From IMG/VR virus record IMGVR_UViG_2802429225_000003, positions 1-17,043 of that record: a DNA stretch of 17,043 nucleotides; one strand, given 5' to 3'. This document shows, piece by piece, positions 1-6,451 of this stretch. Numbering within the stretch: the stretch's first letter is position 1; each line of letters begins with the position of its first letter. The notes under the pieces are model-generated. The model was not told the DNA's origin and made no database searches. It worked only from the letters and a program-made list of their open reading frames with translations. The DNA is from a virus. Taxonomy: Duplodnaviria > Heunggongvirae > Uroviricota > Caudoviricetes. The translations under genes were made by a program, and so were the position numbers.

Positions 1-783
1 ATGGCGGCCGAGAAAAACGTGGAGCCCATCCATATTTCTACCGGCTTGGACTTCTGTTCGATCGCTACTAACGGCGAATCAAAGCGCAAGCGATATAACG
101 AAATTTGCACTAATTTGCAGTTCGACCATGTGGCTATCCTGCTCGATAAGCCGGGAGCAGGTACTCCGGAAGAAGGTGTCGGTATTTTTGTTAATGCCGA
201 CGGCAGCAAGTCAGAAATTGAATGCGTCAATCTGGCTGAGGCAAGTGAGCCGGATGAGGAATCAACGCTTTCCCTTATTTTTAACCAGCTAAAGGCGCTT
301 GTCGGCGCGAAAGAGGACCAAAACCCAATGAAAAATATGATTGCGAACGCGCTGAAGGCGGCGGGTAAAACCGTTGATGGTCTGAATGATGAACAGTTGC
401 TTCAGGCTTATAACTCACAGCTTGAAGAGACTGCAAAAAAGAAAAAGGAGGATGCAGAGAAAAAGGCAGAGGAGGAAGAAGAGAAGAAGAAAAAAGCTAA
501 TAACAGCGAGTCCATACCTGAGTGGTTCAAGCCGTTCGTAACGCAACTGGAATCTATCGCCATTAACTCGAAAAAAGACTCTGACAGCAAACGGTCGGCA
601 GTTAAAACAAAGTTTGGTCTGACAGACATTGCTGTAAACGCCCTTGATGGTGCTGCTCTTGATGAGATGTTTGCGCAAACCGTCACTGCCGCTCCTATTC
701 ACAGTGGCTTTCAACAATTCAACGTCAATCAGGACGACCAGTGGAAAGACTACGACCTGAATAAAATCGCGGAGGAAAAATAA
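1..783 (+). CDS. Head scaffolding / prohead protease-associated protein (possibly N-terminally truncated by the window edge)
   Basis: ORF abutting the window start, directly upstream of the decoration and capsid genes; contains a K/E-rich low-complexity segment ([21 protein letters not shown]) typical of scaffold-like proteins; stop overlaps the next start (TAATG at 781-785). Function inferred from position and composition only. Confidence 0.4.
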   Translation: MAAEKNVEPIHISTGLDFCSIATNGESKRKRYNEICTNLQFDHVAILLDKPGAGTPEEGVGIFVNADGSKSEIECVNLAEASEPDEESTLSLIFNQLKALVGAKEDQNPMKNMIANALKAAGKTVDGLNDEQLLQAYNSQLEETAKKKKEDAEKKAEEEEEKKKKANNSESIPEWFKPFVTQLESIAINSKKDSDSKRSAVKTKFGLTDIAVNALDGAALDEMFAQTVTAAPIHSGFQQFNVNQDDQWKDYDLNKIAEEK

Positions 784-1217
784 TGGCAAACGTAATTTAT
801 CGCGGTCCGGCATATCGTCAGCCGGATACTACAAACATACAGGTTACTGGTGCGTATAAACCAGGTGTGGCGGTCATCATTTCCGCTGGCAAGCTGCTTA
901 CGACCGGTTCCGCAAAAAGCGGACGCTGGCTGATTCTCGGTAATAACGAGTTTTTAGGCCAGGACATCGATACCGCCTACACGGCGCATGAAACAGCAAC
1001 CGCTTACCGGGTACGCGCTGAAGATGAATTTAATGTGCGCCTTGCCGCAGCTACTTACGGCGTCGGACAGGAGATTACCATTGGTGCGAACGGCGTATTT
1101 AAAGCGGCTGCGTCCGGAGATGTCGTTGTCGCTGCTTTTGACGAAAAAGCCAATCGCACTTTGTCCGCTGAGGGATTTGGCGACATCGTGATCCTCAATT
1201 CCGCTTACGTTAAATAA
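783..1217 (+). CDS. Head decoration protein (lambda gpD-like position)
   Basis: 144-aa ORF immediately upstream of the major capsid gene; GGAGGAAAA Shine-Dalgarno upstream; translationally coupled to the upstream ORF; Gly/Ala-rich small protein. Call based on synteny. Confidence 0.5.
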   Translation: MANVIYRGPAYRQPDTTNIQVTGAYKPGVAVIISAGKLLTTGSAKSGRWLILGNNEFLGQDIDTAYTAHETATAYRVRAEDEFNVRLAAATYGVGQEITIGANGVFKAAASGDVVVAAFDEKANRTLSAEGFGDIVILNSAYVK

Positions 1218-1225
1218 GGAAAATC

Positions 1226-2287
1226 ATGCTTAAATTTACACCACAACAGCAACAGCTAATCATTAACTCCCGACGCCACTGGGACATGGAGCAGGAGCAT
1301 ATGGCACTGCGGGCGGGATATAAGGTTAACAAGGTGGGCGGCGCCATTCTTGCGGCAAACTCAGGTGACGGTAATGTGCTTGGGTTAAATCAGGGGATTA
1401 TTGGTAACGCATCCACGTTACCAAAGGATGCCTGGGGGGCATGGGACCGCTCTTTTGTTGAAGTGCAACGCGATGTTCTTGCGGTGTTTAATGACCTGGC
1501 GGGAACTGTTTCGCAGACTGTACCACTGGGTAAAATCGTGCATTTCTTCCAGATGCTGTCAGATTCCGGTGATATCAATATCAGCCTGGACGGCCGCAGC
1601 AAAGCGAAAGTCGATCAGCCAGTTCACTCGTATGAAGGTACGCCGGTTCCAATCATCGATTCGGAGCTGGAATACGGATGGCGCCAGATGTTATCTGCTC
1701 AGACTGAGGGGTATTCACTCGACTCTGACGGAATCATGAACCATCAGCGAAAAATTGCTGAAAAACTGGAAGATCTGGCTATTAATGGCGATTCCACCAT
1801 CAATGTTGGCGGAGCGACGATTTACGGTCTTCGCACAGCGCCATATCGCGCCACAGGTACTCATGGTTATACGTTGAATGGCGCGTCTGGCGCGAATTGG
1901 TTAAGTGTAATTAAGGCGGTGGTAGCAGCCATCATGGCTAAGAATTTCCGTGCCCCGGTCACCATTTATCTGAATTACGATGACTGGTTCTACGCGAGCA
2001 CCAACGATTACACGGCGAGTTATCCGAAAACTATTCTGGCGCGTTTGATGGAAATTCCCAACGTCAAGGCAATCATCCCTGCGAGCAAAGTCCCGGTAAA
2101 TGAAGTACTGGCAATTGTTAAGCGCAGTGATGTTGTGAAAGTGTTGAACGGAATGCCTCCGACTACGCGCCCGAAATCTAGACAGAATCCGGAAGATAAC
2201 TACATCTTCACTGTCATGGCCGCAGCTTCCGTGCAGTACAAGCACGACGCAGAAGGCCAGGCTGGCTACGCTCAATTCACCAAATAA
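1226..2287 (+). CDS. Major capsid protein
   Basis: 353-aa ORF in the canonical position after the decoration protein; AAGGAAAA Shine-Dalgarno 7 nt upstream; size typical of lambda gpE-type major capsid proteins. Confidence 0.65.
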   Translation: MLKFTPQQQQLIINSRRHWDMEQEHMALRAGYKVNKVGGAILAANSGDGNVLGLNQGIIGNASTLPKDAWGAWDRSFVEVQRDVLAVFNDLAGTVSQTVPLGKIVHFFQMLSDSGDINISLDGRSKAKVDQPVHSYEGTPVPIIDSELEYGWRQMLSAQTEGYSLDSDGIMNHQRKIAEKLEDLAINGDSTINVGGATIYGLRTAPYRATGTHGYTLNGASGANWLSVIKAVVAAIMAKNFRAPVTIYLNYDDWFYASTNDYTASYPKTILARLMEIPNVKAIIPASKVPVNEVLAIVKRSDVVKVLNGMPPTTRPKSRQNPEDNYIFTVMAAASVQYKHDAEGQAGYAQFTK

Positions 2288-2296
2288 GGGATCACC

Positions 2297-2569
2297 ATGA
2301 CCGATAAAAAACGCTGGGTTTTAACCCATGACAGTCACGAACTGAAAAAAGGAGAAATCTATGAAGATGAATCACTCCCGGCCTGGCTCGCAGGAAAAGC
2401 CGTTCCTGCGGCTGATTCTGTCGGCCCTTCTGAAAATCTGGAAAAGGCGCACGAAGCGTTGATTCAGGAGAATGAATCACTACGCGCTCAGATTGCCGAA
2501 GTCACCAGCGAAAAAGACGCCCTGGCGAAAGAAAACGCCGACCTGAAAGCTAAACTCAAAAAGGCGTAA
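2297..2569 (+). CDS. Hypothetical head-associated protein, C-terminal coiled-coil
   Basis: 90-aa ORF with AAGGGA Shine-Dalgarno; C-terminal heptad-like charged segment (ENESLRAQIAEVTSEKDALAKENADLKAKLKKA). Confidence 0.45.
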   Translation: MTDKKRWVLTHDSHELKKGEIYEDESLPAWLAGKAVPAADSVGPSENLEKAHEALIQENESLRAQIAEVTSEKDALAKENADLKAKLKKA

Positions 2570-2571
2570 TT

Positions 2572-2955
2572 ATGGCTGACAGCGGAATCACCGCTGATCA
2601 GATTAACGTGTTCCTTGCCGAACTTGGCTACTCAATACCTGCCGCACTCCTTGATCCAATCCTCTGTCGCGTGAACTCAATAACCGATTGCCTTGAGGCG
2701 AACGGCTATGACTCATGTACGCAAACGCTCATTTTGATGTACGCCGCTGCGCTTATGTGTATGTCATCAGGAGCGAGACGGTTGAAATCACAAGGTGCTC
2801 CCAGCGGGGCGAGCCGGTCATTTGAATACGGTGAGGATGCCGCCATCTGGCTGCGGGAATCATTAGGTCAACTGGATACTGCCGGATGCTCGGCGGATCT
2901 GCCAATCAGTGCTGGTGATGGTGTCGGTTTTTTCCGGGTTGTGGGAGGGGGTTAA
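2572..2955 (+). CDS. Head-tail connector / head completion protein (gp6/FI-like position)
   Basis: 127-aa ORF between the capsid and tail genes, starting 3 nt after the previous stop. Call from synteny only. Confidence 0.4.
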   Translation: MADSGITADQINVFLAELGYSIPAALLDPILCRVNSITDCLEANGYDSCTQTLILMYAAALMCMSSGARRLKSQGAPSGASRSFEYGEDAAIWLRESLGQLDTAGCSADLPISAGDGVGFFRVVGGG

Positions 2956-3125
2956 TGACGTGGAAATCTGTAAAACATTCGCTCCCACGGTCATTTACTC
3001 GCGTCTGGGTAATGACCGATACCGGGCGCGAGACAACCGGTTACGTCAAAAGCGACGGTGAATGGTTTATCAACTGTCCAAAAATCCGCGCTACCGGTGC
3101 GATCGTGTTGCGATGGAGGGAATAA
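2955..3125 (+). CDS. Small hypothetical protein (56 aa), translationally coupled
   Basis: ATG at 2955 overlaps the upstream stop (TAATG) and is preceded by GGGAGGGGG; its stop overlaps the next ATG at 3125 (TAATG). Below the 60-aa cutoff of the supplied ORF track. Confidence 0.35.
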   Translation: MTWKSVKHSLPRSFTRVWVMTDTGRETTGYVKSDGEWFINCPKIRATGAIVLRWRE

Positions 3126-3478
3126 TGTCAGCTACGGCAAACTGGTCTTATACGGCAAAAGCGACCATCTGGAAGCGTAGTGGCGTGGATGAGTGGGGCA
3201 AGCCCGCATATTCTGCGCCCGTTGTTATTACCTGCGATTACGGCGGGGATAATAAATTACCCTCGCCATTGGTCAGTGATGCCGGACAGGAGGTGGTAAT
3301 TAAAAACACCATCTGGACTGAATACGCTGAAGCGAGTCTGGGGGATTTTGCTCTCATTGGTGAATCATCCGAGCCAGATCCGATTTCTGCCGGGGCCGAT
3401 GAAGTTAAGGCGGTTATCCGCTACGCAGATACATTTGACCGGGTGGCTGATGACTTCATGCTCGTAACGGGGGCGTAA
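3125..3478 (+). CDS. Head closure / head-tail joining protein
   Basis: ORF-track start at 3062 lacks a ribosome-binding site; the ATG at 3125 is preceded by GGAGGG and overlaps the upstream stop, so the shorter 117-aa form is preferred. Position between head and tail genes. Confidence 0.5.
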   Translation: MSATANWSYTAKATIWKRSGVDEWGKPAYSAPVVITCDYGGDNKLPSPLVSDAGQEVVIKNTIWTEYAEASLGDFALIGESSEPDPISAGADEVKAVIRYADTFDRVADDFMLVTGA

Positions 3479-3846
3479 TGGCTGCAAAAGTTAAAGGTAT
3501 TAACCGGGCAAAAAAACGGCTGGACCAACTGATAGACACAATCCAGGGGAAAAAAGCTGTTCGGGCTATTTATAAAGCGTTGTACATCGGAGGGGCGCAG
3601 GCTGCGCTGTATACCCCCATCGACACGTCAACATTAATCAACTCTCAGTTTCGCGATGTTCGTCCGGGGCAAAACCGGGTTACGGGCCGCGTTGGGTATT
3701 CAGCGGGCTACGCCATGTTCGTCCACGATCCGCAGGTGAAACAACAGTTCCGGCGCGCGACGGCCAAGAAGGAGTTCCTGAAGTTAGGGTTTGACGAAAT
3801 GCGCGACCAGATTGACAGAGCAGTAGCAGAGGAGATGCGCCTTTGA
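3478..3846 (+). CDS. HK97 gp10-family tail component (neck/tail completion)
   Basis: 122-aa ORF with a PIDTSTLINS motif resembling the conserved DTGxLxNS signature of HK97 gp10-like proteins; TAATG coupling to the upstream gene. Confidence 0.55.
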   Translation: MAAKVKGINRAKKRLDQLIDTIQGKKAVRAIYKALYIGGAQAALYTPIDTSTLINSQFRDVRPGQNRVTGRVGYSAGYAMFVHDPQVKQQFRRATAKKEFLKLGFDEMRDQIDRAVAEEMRL

Positions 3847-4223
3847 GTACGCCAGTATTCATTAAATTTCGCGACTGGCTGGTTGGTGCGGGGTTGGCAG
3901 ATGGCTACACCATTCAGCTTGCGCGCTGGCTGGAGCAACCATCTGACGGCGGCTTCACTCGCTACATTGTTTTTCAGCCGAATGGAGGTACAGCACGGCT
4001 GCAGGATTTAGGGGCTGACGATAATGTGCAGGTGGTACTGGTCAGTGGCAAGAACGATGCGCAGACAGTCGTTCAGCGAGCGCAGGATATTCTGGATTAC
4101 ATCACCGAACATCCTGATAACGATTGTCTGAACGGAGTTTTTAATCTGGGTGGTATTCCTGCTCCCGCCAGTACAGAAGAGGGCCGAACGATTATCTCTT
4201 TGCTGTTCCGCTGCACATCCTGA
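3843..4223 (+). CDS. Tail terminator / tail completion protein (gpU-like position)
   Basis: 126-aa ORF with an apparent TTG start overlapping the upstream stop, AGAGGAG 8 nt upstream; last gene before the major tail protein. Confidence 0.45.
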   Translation: MSTPVFIKFRDWLVGAGLADGYTIQLARWLEQPSDGGFTRYIVFQPNGGTARLQDLGADDNVQVVLVSGKNDAQTVVQRAQDILDYITEHPDNDCLNGVFNLGGIPAPASTEEGRTIISLLFRCTS

Positions 4224-4248
4224 TCAACAAACTCTCTCCAATATACAG

Positions 4249-4271
4249 GCTGCCCCCCGGGTGGCTTTTTT
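4249..4271 (+). terminator. Putative intrinsic terminator or attenuator upstream of the major tail gene
   Basis: GCUGCC / GGUGGC stem (6 bp including G-U pairs) with a 5-nt loop, followed directly by a T6 tract. Confidence 0.35.
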
Positions 4272-4297
4272 ATTTATGAATAATGAATGAGGTTTTT

Positions 4298-5047
4298 ATG
4301 GCTAGTTGCCAGAATGACTATGGAAAATTAATTGGGCGCAACGCAGTGCTTGAGGTTGTCGAGGGCTGTCCGGACACGGTGCCGCAGGAAGCCGACTGGA
4401 AGATCCTGGGGGCGATGACGACCAAATCGTTTGACCTGTCTCCAAACACCGTAACGTCAGAAGCAGACGACACGAAAGGCTTTGTTGAGGGACTGGTAAC
4501 CAGCGTGGACTTCACCATCTCTGGTGACGGCGAATGGCGTAAGCGTGATAAGCCTGGTGATTTCGGTCCGGCGTATATGACTCGCTATTACCTGCAGGAA
4601 ACAAAAGCGGGTCGCCAGCTGTCCGTGTGGGTTCGTCTGTCGTTTGCGACTATTACTATCACGGCGTACATGAATACCACAGCGTGGAGCGGAGAATTTG
4701 GCACTGGAGATATCGCGACATTCTCGGCTGAATTCAAAGTCGCAGATGCTGACAGCGTTACTGTAACGGATGACGGTGATATCGCTGTGACGAGTATAGC
4801 GGTTACGCCCAATTCACTCGGACTGAAAGTGGGAGAAAGCGGTACATTCAGCGTGAATTTTCTCCCTGCAAACGCGACAAACAAAAATTTCACCCTGGCT
4901 ACCGCCGCGCCTGCAATTGCTACAGCCAGCGTAGCAGCCTCCACTGTAACCGTAACGGCAGTAGCGGAGGGCTCGACTACGGTAACCGTGACCAGTGACG
5001 ACGGGAAATACACATCCAGTTGTGCAGTCACTGTAACGAGCGAGTGA
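4298..5047 (+). CDS. Major tail protein with C-terminal Ig-like (Big_2-type) domain
   Basis: Thr/Val/Ala-rich C-terminal segment (TVTVTAVAEGSTTVTVTSDDGK) typical of the Ig-like decoration domains on lambda gpV-type tail tube proteins; GAGG 6 nt upstream of the ATG at 4298 (an alternative ATG at 4283 lacks a Shine-Dalgarno). Confidence 0.7.
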   Translation: MASCQNDYGKLIGRNAVLEVVEGCPDTVPQEADWKILGAMTTKSFDLSPNTVTSEADDTKGFVEGLVTSVDFTISGDGEWRKRDKPGDFGPAYMTRYYLQETKAGRQLSVWVRLSFATITITAYMNTTAWSGEFGTGDIATFSAEFKVADADSVTVTDDGDIAVTSIAVTPNSLGLKVGESGTFSVNFLPANATNKNFTLATAAPAIATASVAASTVTVTAVAEGSTTVTVTSDDGKYTSSCAVTVTSE

Positions 5048-5051
5048 GAGT

Positions 5052-5708
5052 ATGGACGCACTTACAGATATCGGCGAAATGGTGATATCAACACGCGACG
5101 ATGATTTTTTTTTGCGTCCGTCTTTTATCGCTCTGACCCGAATCGGCTCTCCGGAAGAAATTGTGGAGGCGTACTCCATCATTAACGGCAGAGATTTTGG
5201 TGTACTGGTGCGCGCTGCGGAGTTGCAGGGAGTGCCGTCACCATGGCTGGTGGAATCTGTGAGCGGAACGGCATCCAGGCGAATGCTTAACGCCGCAATG
5301 ACGGTAATTCAGGCGTGTTGTGACAGGGATGCCACAACGCTGGTGGGGGAGCTGGCAGATGATTTGACTCGTCAACACGGCCTGATACCGGATACCGATA
5401 TGCTGATTATTGCGCGTGAATTACTGGAGCATGGCGTTATGGGCAAAGCGCCACTACGCAGATTGCAAAAGCACGAGAATCAGCAGACTTATACGGCAGG
5501 CTTTCGGGCTGTAGAGTATATCACCGCCGCACGTTCACACTTTGGACTTCCACGCGCCGAAGCGGAACAGCTCACAATGACCGCATTTCAGTTAATGCTT
5601 AAAGCGAAATACCCTGAAGAGAAAGGCTTCACCCGCGATGAGTACGATGGCATTATGGCTGCGCACGAGCAGCGGAAAATGCAAAAACTGGAAGCGATGA
5701 AGGCGTAG
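5052..5708 (+). CDS. Tail assembly chaperone (G/GT-like position)
   Basis: 218-aa ORF between the major tail and tape measure genes; GAGTGAGAG Shine-Dalgarno. No overlapping -1 frame extension of 60 aa or more is present downstream. Confidence 0.45.
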   Translation: MDALTDIGEMVISTRDDDFFLRPSFIALTRIGSPEEIVEAYSIINGRDFGVLVRAAELQGVPSPWLVESVSGTASRRMLNAAMTVIQACCDRDATTLVGELADDLTRQHGLIPDTDMLIIARELLEHGVMGKAPLRRLQKHENQQTYTAGFRAVEYITAARSHFGLPRAEAEQLTMTAFQLMLKAKYPEEKGFTRDEYDGIMAAHEQRKMQKLEAMKA

Positions 5709-5787
5709 TGGATTTATGTCAGAAGAATTTGCCGACGGCAGGTAATAGAAGAAAGCCCCGGAAACATTAAGCGTTCTGTAAGTAGCT

Positions 5788-5810
5788 AAATGTTTGCCGA
5801 GGCAACATTT
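5788..5810. promoter_or_regulatory. Imperfect inverted repeat (stem of about 10 bp) in an AT-rich intergenic region
   Basis: AAATGTTTGCC-GA-GGCAACATTT; lies downstream of both the + strand chaperone gene and the - strand acidic gene; no adjacent U-tract on either strand. Confidence 0.3.
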
Positions 5811-5901
5811 ATATGCTCAATACATTCAGATTAACCTTTTTCCCCCTCTTGGTTAAGGAGGCGACGGTTATTAAGTTACCAAAACAGGTGCTGCGCTTGT
5901 G

Positions 5902-6270
5902 TTATTCATGATGTGAATATTGCAAATCGTCAGCTTCACGAGATATATCAAAAAGGATATTTATCGCCAGAAGATATGCATTATCTACAACGCCATATGT
6001 CTCTGGAGTGATAGTGTTAGTATATCGATCGAAAGCATCTTCCAGGTAATCAAGCAAATCGTCATTTAAATACTCACTTCTCGGATCAAGCGCATGCAGA
6101 CCTTTAATACTCTCTCTATATTCGCTGAAGATTTTTGATATAAACGCTTGTTGTTCTGACCAATCATACAAATTAGCAATGGTAAGAGGCCTGTTAAGTT
6201 GTTCAAGTCGGGTGAGTTCACGAACCAACGACTGACAACCATCTCGAAGTTTTTCTGCTGTTAATGCCAT
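5902..6270 (-). CDS. Small acidic hypothetical protein (122 aa); antisense moron within the tail module
   Basis: Only convincing minus-strand gene in the window. The ATG at 6270-6268 is preceded by AGAGGG with a 6-nt spacer; the longer ORF-track form (to 6339) has no ribosome-binding site. Protein carries about 24 Asp/Glu against about 11 Lys/Arg. Flanked by AT-rich non-coding DNA. Confidence 0.55.
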   Translation of the reverse strand: MALTAEKLRDGCQSLVRELTRLEQLNRPLTIANLYDWSEQQAFISKIFSEYRESIKGLHALDPRSEYLNDDLLDYLEDAFDRYTNTITPETYGVVDNAYLLAINILFDISREADDLQYSHHE

Positions 6271-6412
6271 AATTAGCCCTCTGAGATTATTTATAGAAAG
6301 TAATATCTTACTATTTTTGCATTGAAGGCGGAGCTTCACCAGCCAGTTTTGTCAATTCAGTTATGGTGAGCGACTCCTGGCCTTCATGATGTATGACGAT
6401 GTAACAAGACCA

Positions 6413-6437
6413 CCTCGCTCCGGCGGGGTTTTTTATT
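6413..6437 (+). terminator. Hairpin plus T-tract just upstream of the tape measure start
   Basis: CCUCGC-UCCG-GCGGGG stem-loop (6 bp with one G-U pair, tetraloop) followed by TTTTTTATT, ending 15 nt before the tape measure ATG. Confidence 0.3.
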
Positions 6438-6451
6438 GCCCGGAGAATGAC

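Noticed and set aside
5100-5120. Programmed -1 frameshift at the T9 tract in the chaperone gene
   Set aside because: Shifting to the -1 frame there hits a stop after about 25 codons, and the tract is too close to the N-terminus to generate a meaningful extension product.
408-5182. Overlapping alternative-frame ORFs within the head and tail genes (for example 408..686 -, 415..813 -, 988..1191 +, 1390..1602 -, 1401..1739 +, 1901..2275 -, 3680..3938 -, 4318..4518 -, 4588..5061 -, 4814..5182 -)
   Set aside because: Each is embedded in a longer + strand gene that fits the coupled operon structure; the products are low-complexity or Ser/Arg-rich, typical of non-coding frames.
5854-5889. Small + strand gene driven by the perfect TAAGGAGG at 5854-5861
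   Set aside because: No ATG, GTG or TTG at 5-10 nt spacing; the only in-frame options are an ATT codon giving 14 codons or a GTG 25 nt away.
6271-6339. N-terminal extension of the minus-strand gene to the ATG at 6339 (MKLRLQCKNSKILLSINNLRGLIM...)
   Set aside because: The extension is AT-rich with odd composition and has no ribosome-binding site, whereas the internal ATG at 6270 has AGAGGG upstream; the extension is more likely promoter/leader DNA.
6386-6451. Upstream ATG at 6386 as the tape measure start (ORF-track call)
   Set aside because: No Shine-Dalgarno precedes it and the stretch contains the hairpin plus T-tract; the ATG at 6452 has GGAGA at optimal spacing.
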